DNA of 47,945 nucleotides, counting the filler, from Circinaria calcarea (Eukaryota): assembly GCA_051942165.1 (NCBI GenBank). It is 2 parts of 2 records of this genome, joined end to end, with 100 filler letters (N's around TTAATTAATTAA, not from the genome) between each part and the next. Parts side by side here need not be neighbours in the genome. Positions count along the whole stretch, not along the records: positions 24,094 to 47,945 come from JAVECS010000115.1; 1 more part is not named here. One strand, written 5' to 3'. The translations under genes were made by a program, and so were the position numbers. Of this stretch, positions 36,801-47,945 are shown in pieces. A model generated the notes under the pieces. It was not told where the DNA came from. It saw only the letters and a list, made by a program, of their open reading frames with translations, and searched no databases. Position 1 is the first letter of the stretch, and each line of letters starts with the position of its first letter.

Positions 36801-37492
36801 TGTACGCTAGCGGTCTTGCGATAGCTAACAATTTTTAGATACGTAACACACCCGAATTAATCGGTGCGAACAATTGGCATTTCCTTAGGCGTGTCTGGGA
36901 TGCGCGCCTGGAAATCACAGGAACTACACCAATCGAGAAGGAACTTCAGCACGACTTCAAAGCCATCATTGACCACCTCTATATAGGTGCGGGCAAAGAC
37001 CTCCCTGAACTGTATATCAGTACCACCGCGAGCAATGTTGAGATTCAATCCGTTACTGTAAAGCGGCAAACCCAACATCCATGTTACCAGTACCCCGACC
37101 TCCTTCTCCAACTGACAGAAGTCCAAGATCTGATCATCCAGAAAAACTCCCCAGGTCGATATCGCGCTATTGGCCGGGATCCAAATCAAATGGTTGCCGA
37201 AGACAACCGACTTTGGTGGGAGGCTGCCATTGTGTCGACAGTAGCCCAGTCGATTCTCAAAGAAAACGTTGACCTAGAAGTCGGCGAAGAAGCAACGTGG
37301 GAACCACAAACTTTTGTGGAAGATGGTATCATCCGGAATATGTTTAACCTGGCAAAGGAGGTAGTCACGAGAATTGACAACGTGGGTTTCAGTACTCCTG
37401 CCATAGCCGTTGCTGGTGAGTGGGACGCGACAAAAGCGAGCCGGCCGAGCAGAACGACAAGTGCAGAATTGGATGACGGCCCTTTTTGGTGA
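33885..37492 (+). CDS. Uncharacterised multi-exon protein (~12 exons, ~950 aa) with a KH-like segment; start uncertain
   Basis: Exons joining into one open frame: 33885?-33937, 34089-34105, 34255-34296, 34353-34393, 34467-34486, 34542-34590, 34644-34754, 34823-35170, 35217-36496, 36552-36692, 36743-36776, 36839-37492. All introns are GT-AG. The 5'-most exons are the least certain. Confidence 0.7.
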
Positions 37493-38731
37493 TGAATTCT
37501 GCATGTTAGGAAGGGGAGTAGGTGCTGGATAAGATGATGCTAACGGAATGGTCAAGGGTTATTCACTTTGTAATATCTTTGAGGGTGGCGTCAAATGTCT
37601 ACTTGTGCATGCGGGTTTCTTTCATGGCCGAGTTCAGGCTTCGGTCTCGCTAATCTGCTGCCAGTCACGTTGGCGGAAGGCTCCTCGGGCTACAGCGCAC
37701 AGCGACGTTTGAGAGCTACAATGTGCAGCAGCAAGGAGGATTGCTCTTGGAATACAATGTGGATGACTGACGATGCTTTTCTCGGCGCTGAGCCTAGCCT
37801 TTTCCCAGCGGCTCCAATTGTACAATCACCAAATGCACATTAAGCTCGCTGAGATTCACTATCGCGAGAAGGTCACATTTTTGTAGAGGAATGATAAGCT
37901 GTAACTCGCTGCAATAGACGCCAGGCAAGCATGGGATCGAACCTGTAGATTCCGCGCCCATTAGAGGCTCATCTCAGGTTCCCTTGGGACTGGCACCGTG
38001 ACACCCTCAACCGCGATTCGCCGACACCAAGCGAGGACCTTTGCCAAGGGGCTGACGACAATCTTCTGACACGAATACATTCCACGCAGTCAACGGCCCA
38101 CATACAACTGCCGAACAACGGCTCGGAAGAGCGAGGGGACCAATAGAGAAGCGGATGCGAATCAAATGGCTTAGTATTGTACCTGCCCCCTTTGACTCCC
38201 TCCTTTGTCCCCCACGCCCCACAAGCGGGACACGGGCCCATGTTCCTATGACTTTCGTAATATCTTGATCGCATCCAGGTAGGGGATGCTACGGATAAGC
38301 ACCAAGGGTATGACTGATTAGGTTGTTACGACGAGTCTTTGTGGATGCCGACGTGGCTTACAGAGCGAAGGAAACTTTTAGTTACGTGTTTTGTCTAGGG
38401 GATAGTCTAGGATAAATCAAGGGGCGTTGGAGGGAGAACCATATTTCTTTGATAAAAGAAAAATAAATCAACCCCCGACTCATCTATTCTTGTAAAGCCC
38501 ATAGCTGCTTACCATTAAACTAGCTTTGGATTATCAACGCAATCCGTTCATACAGGTCTTACCCCGTACAGCCTCCGCTTTAAGCCACACATTCCCTGCC
38601 TCAACACTCCCTTCACCTTGAACCACGAGTAATCTCTTCAAGTCCGCTCATTGACCAGTTCTCATCTTTTTCTGGGTTGGCGATCCGGCGACAAAGCTCG
38701 AGCTAAAATCTTACCATCAACTTTCGCCATA

Positions 38732-38947
38732 ATGCCGTTCGGTCTCCCCTCCTTCCCGTACACCTCCAAAAGCACCGGAGCAGAGCATCCAGATTCCGCA
38801 GAAATCACCAGGCAGTCGGCAGTCCCGTCCCCAGGTGCTGTGGCTCCTGCGGCTCCTGTGTACAATGAGAGAACGCAATGGTGGTCAGATGCGGGGACTA
38901 AAGGATCGTCGAGAGCATTGGAAACGGAGAAGAGGGAATTGGTGTGA
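38732..38947 (+). CDS. Candidate small protein (71 aa)
   Basis: Good fungal start context (gccataATG) after a pyrimidine-rich leader. It shows the C-rich 5' to G/A-rich 3' gradient seen in SPF27 here. Protein MPFGLPSFPY...RTQWWSDAG...KRELV. Confidence 0.45.
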   Translation: MPFGLPSFPYTSKSTGAEHPDSAEITRQSAVPSPGAVAPAAPVYNERTQWWSDAGTKGSSRALETEKRELV

Positions 38948-39230
38948 AATATTGGCATTTGCGGCATGTAACATAGGCTAAAATTTTTAAATCGAAGTTA
39001 TGCGATGAAGGACGGAGCGTTGTGACTAAGTTATGATAGCGATATCGATGCCGGACTGCACGCCTATTCGGAAGGTTTGTTCCATCTTCTTTCTCGGATC
39101 CAAGCTAGTGAGACTGCCAATTCGCAGTCCCATTAGGTTTGGAGTCCTGTCGATGTAGCTTTTCCGGTCGTCTGATCCAAGTCAACGGATTCATAAAAAG
39201 CATCCTGGCATAACGACAGAAACGACTTCG

Positions 39231-41961
39231 TCAGCCTTCTTCAATGTCATCCTCAATAAGCACTAGCTCCTCCACTGCCCTCCCCACTTGTGCTGCTGAA
39301 TCGAGTCCTTGCTGTCGACGTCCCTCTTGATAGAATAATTCTTCTGTTCTCTGTCGCGACCCAGTAGATATTTTGTCTACATTGTATGCAGCCCATTCAG
39401 TCGCGATAGGCGGTAAAACGCCATGATCCTCCTCTTCTTCCGGTGTGTCATCATTGGGTGCACCAATACCATGAAACTGGGTCATCTTTTCTAGTTCACG
39501 TAAGCGATTGTCATTCGCAATCTGATGCTCGATCTTGATAATATAGGGTAATCGTTCAAGGAGCATCTCAGCACGTGCCGCGTTTCCACCTATCAATGGC
39601 GACATAAATCCTTCATTCATTGCCGAGTCTTTAACAATCAGATTCGAAGTCTTGCTGCTCCACGTTTCGACACTTCCGGGCAAGGTTAGAGGCCTAATCG
39701 CAGTATCCTCATGAAGCCTGCTCCGAGTCACTGCTGTATCTGTCCACCTATCGACGAGAGCCTCAATTTCTTCTGTCACCTTCCACAATCTCAAAGAAGT
39801 CGGATAAAACATCTTGAAGGCGTCAACTTTCCCGTTGCCATGACTAGTTACTGCTGCTGAAGGCGTTCGACGCTTCACAGGACATGGCAAGGCGAAAAGA
39901 AGTCCCCGAACGGCTATCTGGAAGCATATCTCATCTTGCCGCAGGTCATGACTTGCTCCTCCTTGCGAAGCCGCTCTCTTCAGGCACATTTGCGAATTTT
40001 GACCACGGTACCCACCTTTTCGAATTGAGCCGAGAATGTCACTATCAGAGAGCGCTTCGATGCAGCCGTTGAAATTATCCGTAAAAGAGGGACCGTCGCA
40101 CGATAGTATGTAGTTTTCATGGAGCGCAGCAATGAACGTCTGGGAATCTGTACCAGTTTCATCAATCAGTTCATTGACCGATACTTGAGAAGCCAAAGGT
40201 CGCGCAAGGTGAGAGAGATGATCTGGAGGATTGGAAACATGTTCAACCAATGGATTGCCAGATCGCAGTCCATCACGCTTATTATAAACCACCTTTCCTA
40301 CAGCATGGAAGATACCAAGTGTGGCTTCTCGTCGTGTAACTATCTCTATAGACTCGTGTTCCATCTTTGTCAGGCTTGTAGAGTTCCTTGGCCCCTTTCT
40401 GGGCTTTGTGGCAACCCTGCCACCCCAATCGCTGCCGATGTCTCCTCTCACGCAAAGAAACTCAAGTGACCCAATGGCACTGCGAATATCACCAACTTCA
40501 CCCAGTTTCTTTACCATGGCTACGCTCGGTCTTGTTCGTCTTCCGGACTGTCGTGCTTCTTTCTGTATCACCAAGTCGAGAGCTTTTGCAAGGAAGGTCG
40601 GAGCAATAGGATTAAATTCAATCACACTAACTCCTGGATGCGTTAGTATTTCCGAACCAAGTAATCGATGAGCCGTGAAGCTATCTGCAGCAGCTGCTGC
40701 CGTTGTCAAGAGTGTCTCTGATATCACCATTACCAATGGAGCTACGCTATCGAGGGCTCCGTGCTGCCGTGCGAAGGAAGTACCGAAACACGGGGTATTA
40801 GCTGCTAGATAATGAATAACGCTCGATCTAAACGAATGGAGTGCACTTGAAGTTCGTGTGAAAGTGTTAGGAAACTCTTCTATCAGAATAATTTTCTTCT
40901 GGTTCTCCAAACCGGAAGTCAGGTTGACTTTCCCACCTACTTGATTTGCATTCTCTGACGTTTCTAATTGTAAAATGTCGAATTTGCCACACCTTTCTAG
41001 GAATTCTTCAAACTGCGCCGCTAGGGAAAGGAAGCTCTCGGATGCGTAGTCTGTACCGACTGGGTTTCTCCACTCGGCAACATCAAAACTCATTGTTCTT
41101 GCCAGAGCGGAGAGGGTCGCGGTTTTTCCTGTGCCTGAAGGACCTTTTAGAATAAGGAGTCTCTTTGTGGCCATTAGTCTTAAATCGATAGCTTATTTGC
41201 TGATCCCGTACCTTGCGGCTGCGTCCAAGGAGCACCTCCTCCAGAAAATTGCGCACGTCTGCGACTTTCCTCTTATGAACGGCCAGCTCATCCAGACTTG
41301 CTGGCGCATATTTCTCAGCCCACGGCCTCAAGTCAGGCTCTTTGACTACAGGTGCATGTCCAGTATGCTCTTGCTTCCGCACTGATTTGTTGAATCTCTG
41401 GCTTGCGTTCGGTTGTATCTCTTTACAACCGAAAGCTTCGTGACCAGAAGACAATGTCATTGAACGCTTCCGACCATCAATAGTATGCTTTTCCGAGTTT
41501 CGCTCCAGTGGTAATTTACGGAAATCATCCGCCAGTGAGTCATCCTGTATGAAATCCTCCTCTTCGGGTCTTAGCCCAGAAGTAGCATCTTCCAAGTTAC
41601 CGCCCAGCCTCTGTGACTGTGTCACCGCATTGAAAAAGGTGTATAGCGATCCTTGTTTGTGATCTTCTTGGATAATCTTCAGTCTCTTCTTAGACTTCCC
41701 TGGCGACTGGTCTGGTAAAGGTTTGAAGGAACCCTCTGACACGGTCGACTGTGACTTCTGAAGCAGAGGCTTATCAGCATCCCTGGATCTCGTGGGTAGC
41801 GTTCTAGTACTACTTAAGGCCTGACGGACTGTCCCTGGGACCCCTTGCCTGATGAGTTCAGATTGTACCAAAGGAGTAGATAGATGCTGTTCTGCTTCTC
41901 TATTGTCATTGGAACTCGATATAATCAGTCGCTTTTGTTTCTTCGTCGGTGGCGGAGCCAT
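39231..41961 (-). CDS. RAD17: Checkpoint clamp loader Rad17 (S. cerevisiae Rad24 orthologue)
   Basis: Motifs PWAEKYAP..LDELAVHKRKV, Walker A GPSGTGKT, IILIEEFPN, FNPIAPT, GDIRSAI, FHAVGKVVYNKR, LHENY and LSDSD. Intron 41211-41163 has an AAG acceptor. Confidence 0.95.
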
Positions 41962-42442
41962 GCCGCCTCGTAGGATATGTCGGAGCGGTCTAGACTAGAA
42001 TCTTCACGCATAGTGCCGCGAAGCTCACTGGGCCCAAGGGCCGATCTGTCCCAGAAATCGAGTTTGAGAGGAGATGCCCCTGGGCAGTTTGGTATCGTAA
42101 GAACGGTTAAGAGATTATAGAGCTTTGGCAGGTCCAATCGGAAGTCAGGCGGCTGTGGCGGCTGGATGTCGCCTAGTCCGTGATCTACGCGTTTACTCAG
42201 GAGAGTAGATTCAAAATAGTACATGCTCAAATGAATGCGAGTACGATGTATTAGCACCTGTCTTATGAACAGCTTCCTGACAAGTCTAGAGTGATATATC
42301 ATATGTCAGTTCTGCTACAGCTCAGGTAGGATCCACCACCAAATAGAATAACCCAAAAGGGGGGCTCAAATTGGAAGCAAGACTGAATCGGCCGAAGATC
42401 TGAACGCTTATGTGTACCCTGTGGGTGATACTATGAAGACCA

Positions 42443-45400
42443 TCACACTCTTTCTCGACCGCTACCACGCTCGTCTTCGGATTGCTCTTCTACAAAGGCG
42501 CCACTCGACACGTTGTGCTCATTACCTTTCAATCCCGATATCCCTTCCGTCCCTTGCCCAGCATTCCCATCTAGGTCATACTCTGAGCTGGCTCTTTGCC
42601 GTATACTTCCGCTTCGAGTCCTCTCACGTACAACCCCAGGGAAAATTCTCGGTTCCGTACCGCTAATATGTGAATGCCCAAAGTGCTCGACCCAATGACC
42701 GTTGGGGTTCACTGGAGTCGCGTTCATAGACGATGATCTTAGCGGCTTGCTGTTAACTCTCTGCTGCGATTCTTGTGTAGAGGAACTTCTGATATCCACA
42801 TAGGAGACGGCAGACGGGCCACGAGCAGCTGCAACAGGGAAAATCGACGATGGATGGGGAGTGGCAGGAATGGCCGGAGGAGGAAGATAAGACAGCTGTT
42901 GAGTCCTCTGTCGATAGGGTACACTATTTGTTCTCATTGAACTCGAGGCTGATGCGCCCGCCTGCGAGTAGTGTTTCTTCAATGCTAATGGAGGAAGGTT
43001 TGATGAGGAGACCGACTCTGCGGACGCAGTGGATGAGGTGTATTTATCGATCCTTCATATCACATCAGTGTAATCGGGATCAAGTAAGTATAGAAAGCTC
43101 ACATGGATAGTTCCTCTAGGAGGGTCTCGTGCCTAAAGGCTTGTCTAATATTAGGTACATTGCTTTTGGCAACGTTATTCCCAGCTACTCCAGGTAAGTA
43201 GTAATCTGAACCCAGCCATCTTTGCTTTAACGCATGTTCAAACCCGCTTTGAATGACTGAATATCGAGCAAGCTCGCACATGTCTACTGCGCTTAGTTTG
43301 TAGATTTGCGCCGCGACTGAATATTCTTCGATTAAGGGCTCCTTGGTAAAAGCAAACTGCAGGGGATCATCGGTAGACAATGATACATTGAGGCCACGCC
43401 GGAAGTATTGCAGGAAAGGGTTTCTTTCATATGCCAAGAACAGTGCATTGTTACTAAGTGGCGACATGGCGATTCCGATCTGCTCAAGGTAAAAAATGTA
43501 TTGAAGGAGAGGTACCTTCCTCAGCAGAAGACCGTGACTGATACTATGACAACAGAGTACGGCCGCTGCGAGATGATCCGTATCTCCAGCTTCCCCACAA
43601 TGCGGTCTCAAGAGAAATGTATTGAAGCCTCGATGCTTTCGCCATGCGTTCAATGAGGTCATGTTGGCGAAAAGATAATAGATCCAGTAGCTGTATGGAG
43701 GGTTTTGTGTCGTGTTCCAATCTTTTGGCAGAGGAAACTTTCGGTATAACCGGCGCTCGACTTTACTTTCATCATCAACACTATCGAATCCAATTACTCG
43801 TTGAAGGAAGATGTGGAGCTTAGGATGACTCGTTGGTTTCTGAGTGACCTCGAACAAGGGCTTAAAGACGTTGACAATCACTTGCTCGAAATTGCTCATT
43901 AGTCCCGTCGATGAATATACGTCGTAAAGTCGAGGTATCTGGATTAGCCATCGTACATTGTGTGAAAATAATTTGTGGTCAACAACCCAAGCAGCGAGTT
44001 TATCCCATTCGTCAAGTGTCCTTCCATAAATCGAGATCCGCCACTCTACCATTTGGTACTTGCTCGACTCGATGTCAGATATGACCTCCCGGGTTATCTC
44101 GGCGAGATACCGCCCCCTTATGAAATTGTCCGTCTTGAGAAATATCGTTCTTAGCCGTGACTCCCCAATGGGGTTATACTTTAGATTGAATTTATCGAAC
44201 CGATGGAAGGAGTCGGTGTGGGCCTAGGACCGCTATTAGCTTTAATGTTTGTCTCACTTGGAGAACGAATTTTAGAAGGCATACATGCATATCTAAGGTA
44301 TCAATGCTAAGATCGTAGGCAGTCAGATTGATGCTTTCAAATACCTCTCTGAGTGTAAGATGCTCGCCATCCCTATATAAGACAATCTCATCCGGTGACT
44401 TTTTCATCTTGCTTTTGATAAAACGAAGCAGATGTTTCTGATTCATACAAGCTGAGTGGTGTACATGCGTGTCCACCTTCCTCACGTTATAGAAGTCCCT
44501 ATGGGGGACTCTCTTGCTGTCTGCCATTTCCTGATACTCATTCAAGAGTACGTACAGGTTAAATTTCCCCTCAAGGTACTGAAGGCGTCGGAAAGCAAAA
44601 CTTTTGCTTGGCCCATCAGAGGAGATGGTGAGGACGGAATCTAAGTCCATGTAAAAGTCGCGGATGGTAGGTATGTTTAGTATGGGAGTCATTATCTTTA
44701 ACGACTCCGATGTCTCATAAACCTGGTAAACACCATTTGCGTCGAGTTTGTAAGTCATCTCAGCTTCGTCTGGCAGAGGAAAAAGTTCCGATATTTCAAA
44801 ATCCTCTCCGATATTCTGACCCGCCTTCCTTCGCTTTCTGGATGGAGAAAGTGGCGGTGGGTAGGGAGCATCTCCGCCGGAACTTGAAAGTGGCTGCTGA
44901 TGCAGAGATGGTGCGTCCGGATCCGATGACGATATTTTACTATTGCTCAAACTATTATTATCTGAACGAGAGCCCAGCGTCCGGTCCTTCTCATCGTCCC
45001 AGGCAGGCTCTGGGGGTGGTGGATATATGTTCCAGCTTAAGTCATCTTTAGGATTATCGTCGGGCCCCTGAAGGGAAAGCCGAATATACTTGTGCCGCCG
45101 GTCTAGGATTTTTTGAATATTGGTGTAGATAGCACTCAATTCCGTCGTGACATTTGAATCATTGATCGCATAGCCATGGGCACCTACCCCAACCCCTACA
45201 CCAGCTCCAGCGCCATGGACCACTTGATCGGCTAACAATAGAGGCTTTTGCTCATGAGGGACTTCGGGGTACTTCAGGTGGCTTCCCGCCGACCTGTCAG
45301 CAGCAGCGTGCGCATTCCGTGGAATGACATGCGACTCATGAAGATCGAGTTCGCCAATTTCAGGCGATTGCATGCTGGCGGCCTCTATCGGCTTCTTCTG

Positions 45401-45859
45401 ACTGTGGCTTCGTCTGGAGGCCCTGCTGGTTGTCCGACTCAGTCCTCCTGTTTCATTGGAGGTATCGTCGAAAACTTCGGGTATCATATGCCCGAACGGG
45501 GTCTGATTCTCTTTCGGTATTTGCTGCTCTAGTTGATGCCGCTGGTAAAACAACTTGGACTCCGCAAGGCTCATCGATTTTTCCAAGGCATAGTCATAGA
45601 ATGCCGTCTTTGCTTGGCTGTCTCGTGGTAGTGGTCGTTGTAGCGTAGAGTCAGACGGTGTACTCCCATCCGCATTTTCTTCTTGCTCGTCGAATCCATC
45701 GCCATCCTCGACGTCTATCTCATGGCGACTTGGCCTTTGACCCGATCTACTAGCGTAGGATACTGGAGACCGAAATACTTGTAGGTCTTCATCGTCGTCA
45801 AACAGAGATTGGGATTGGGATTGCGGAAGGTGCCCGGCGTGGATCGGGGGAGATTCCAT
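42443..45859 (-). CDS. AMD1: AMP deaminase
   Basis: Motifs [53 protein letters not shown] and [10 protein letters not shown]. Exons 45859-44285, 44223-43103 and 43052-42443 join in frame. Confidence 0.96.
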
Positions 45860-46854
45860 TCCCACTCAGGCTGTCGACGGCGAGTCACATACGTAGACCA
45901 TGCACAGATGTGGAGTCTCTCTTATGGCGTGCATGGGCGCAGTCTCGAGATGCTTAAGGTATTCCCTAGAATATGGAAATGTTGTTACTACCACTAACTA
46001 CAACGAACCTCAAACACACGATGAAATAGACCCCCAGTAAATACAAAAACAGCGTCTTGCCATATCACTGTGACTGACCCAATAGCAGAGAGCTACACAG
46101 GTACAAGAACCTACCGTACATACAGTTTCGCTATCTACTAAGCTTGTTACTGATGTACGTCCGGCTTTTGAGGAACAAATAAGTGTGTTTCCCGAAAACT
46201 CCTGCAGGTCCAACGATAATAATGAGGATTAATTGGACTAAACCGCATCTGCCATTTCTTAACATACACTGCACAAACCCCTCGTCTGAGATCTATATTC
46301 TAATAATCTCACCCCAGCATGCAGCCTGAACGAGATTTCTTGACACTATCCGAACGAACCAAAACAGACCCATCCCTTATGCCGACGCCCTTCTAAGCTT
46401 GGTTATGTCAATGATTTGTCCACGCCCGGAACAGTTCTTTTGATATGACTACATGTAAGGAGCGGACCGAAAGCTCCCAAACCCGGCAGTGGTAATCGTT
46501 CTTGGGTAGCTTGTTATATATCCAACCAACTGCTTCGACTTCACTAACAAGGGATAATTCTGTTTCCCTATGTAAGCGACAAAGTCGTGACATCTTGCCA
46601 CGAGATTTTTTAAGAGGGAGTTACGGTCGACCCATAAACACCTCAGGAGATATAAATGCAAGAGGAAATGATGTATAGATCCCAAGAAGAGATGCAATTG
46701 CACGAAGTTGCCCAGAACGCTAGTATGGATGAGTTATGTAGGCAGTACACTGATACACAACACCATGAACGTTATGAACTGCCTTTTGTTGAATTTCTAA
46801 CCCTAAGTCTGTTGTCAGATTACCCAACTCTTTTGGCGACGGTGGAACAAATGA

Positions 46855-47943
46855 TTACTGTAACAGTTGTCTTCGATAGTCGCTGTACTCTGACGGAGAT
46901 GGTAAAGAATCTCTGGTCCTACGACTTTCATAGAGCCTTGGTTCTGAGTAACACAGATGAGAGTCTTGGTCGTATGCTCGCTCTCCCCCGTACCCACGGA
47001 TCAACCGCACAGGATCCGCGGGTTCTCTATGTTCTCCTGGCTGCGCTAGGACATATCTACTTGGTTGCCCTGTTCCATATTCCTCGGGTTTGACAGAGAT
47101 ATATTCTACGCGTCTGGTGGGATCCCTAATGAACGTGTATTCTTCCTGGACTGGTGGCCCATCGTAATATATTGGCCGCTGAGGAAGATAGTCTCTTTGA
47201 GTTGGGGAGGATGACACTTTATACGTTTGTTCTCGACGAGAGGCAGGGAACGGGCTCCTGGCACGATAGTTGGCTGTTTGAGCTGCGATTGATTGGGGGG
47301 ACCTGGATCGTTCACGATGATGCAGTATCTTAGCACCTTGGGAGGAGTGATATCTGCTCCGAGGCCGATCGATAACTTTCCCATCCATATCATCCCGGGG
47401 TATGGTCGACCTTGTATGGCCGTACGGTGCATAAATCGGTGTACGGTGTCTGTCGGCAGAGTTTCCAGTACTGAGATACTCAACTCGTGAAATTGGTATA
47501 TGCCCATCGAGCTGAGCATAATCACTTCCTGTTTGTAAACATGATGCGTAATCTGAGTCTCTAGTCTCCAACGGGTCGACATGCGTCGTAAGAGTACGTG
47601 AACCAGCGTCCATGTCAGAATCATCGTCCCTGCGGGCGAGGAATGCAATATCCCCGTCTGTGCCTTGTTTGTGAGGTGGCTCTTGTATGGTATGTTGTGT
47701 CATGGTTCCACGATGTTCTGAAGCAAAGCTGTGGGCACTTCTCCCTGAATCCAAGCCAGGATTGAATTCACTGAGGAATTTTTCAGCCGCAGAACGTGCT
47801 GCGACAGGCGATTGGCTAAACCGTCTGAAATCCTCCACTAGCGGCTCTTCGTTGACCTCACCGTCTTCAGAGACATATTGCTCGGCACTCTCAGCATTAG
47901 ATACGGTATATGGATGATCAATTCTCCGAGGACGATTGGGTTC
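46855..47943 (-). CDS. C-terminal, largely disordered part of an unknown protein; 5' end outside the window
   Basis: The frame of the 46855-47838 ORF stays open to the window edge (EPNRPRR...YVSEDGEVNEEPLVEDF...AAEKFL), giving more than 360 codons rich in R/S/P/Y. Confidence 0.7.
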   Translation of the reverse strand, partial: EPNRPRRIDHPYTVSNAESAEQYVSEDGEVNEEPLVEDFRRFSQSPVAARSAAEKFLSEFNPGLDSGRSAHSFASEHRGTMTQHTIQEPPHKQGTDGDIAFLARRDDDSDMDAGSRTLTTHVDPLETRDSDYASCLQTGSDYAQLDGHIPISRVEYLSTGNSADRHRTPIYAPYGHTRSTIPRDDMDGKVIDRPRSRYHSSQGAKILHHRERSRSPQSIAAQTANYRARSPFPASRREQTYKVSSSPTQRDYLPQRPIYYDGPPVQEEYTFIRDPTRRVEYISVKPEEYGTGQPSRYVLAQPGEHREPADPVRLIRGYGGERAYDQDSHLCYSEPRLYESRRTRDSLPSPSEYSDYRRQLLQ

Positions 47944-47945
47944 GT

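Noticed and set aside
37933..37943. tRNA gene suggested by GGTTCGATCCC on the minus strand
   Set aside because: The T-stem pairs at only 2 of 5 positions, and no acceptor stem or cloverleaf can be built. At most it is an isolated B-box.
1..47945. CRISPR arrays, rRNA, prokaryotic operon/defence systems, secondary-metabolite cluster
   Set aside because: The DNA is eukaryotic and intron-containing. I saw no repeat-spacer array, rRNA-like sequence or PKS/NRPS/terpene backbone gene.

Overview
Eukaryotic, intron-containing genomic DNA from a filamentous ascomycete (Pezizomycotina). This is inferred from short GT-AG introns with CTRAY branch points and fungal-type proteins. About 10.5-47.9 kb is mostly housekeeping genes: TPS2, a Cid1/Trf4-type nucleotidyltransferase, an MCT-type MFS permease, neutral ceramidase, SPF27, the PKA regulatory subunit, DEP1, NOP12, a coiled-coil protein, a micro-exon-rich unknown gene, RAD17, AMP deaminase and the 3' end of an unknown gene. 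About 1.5-10.5 kb looks like an accessory patch next to a DHA1-type MFS transporter. It holds a 3-exon orphan gene, a decayed PMT4-like O-mannosyltransferase whose MIR domain is cleanly missing in frame, an ankyrin-repeat relic and an intronless 724-aa unknown protein. A 359-bp foldback/MITE-like element and a 100-bp artificial scaffold gap lie between pkaR and DEP1. Exon structures were derived by hand from splice signals and frame continuity. Family assignments come from remembered motifs, not database searches. I found no convincing novel multi-gene system. The best leads are the MIR-less PMT, the micro-exon/KH-like gene, the nested-hairpin element, the nucleotidyltransferase apparently lacking its third Asp, and several orphan proteins.
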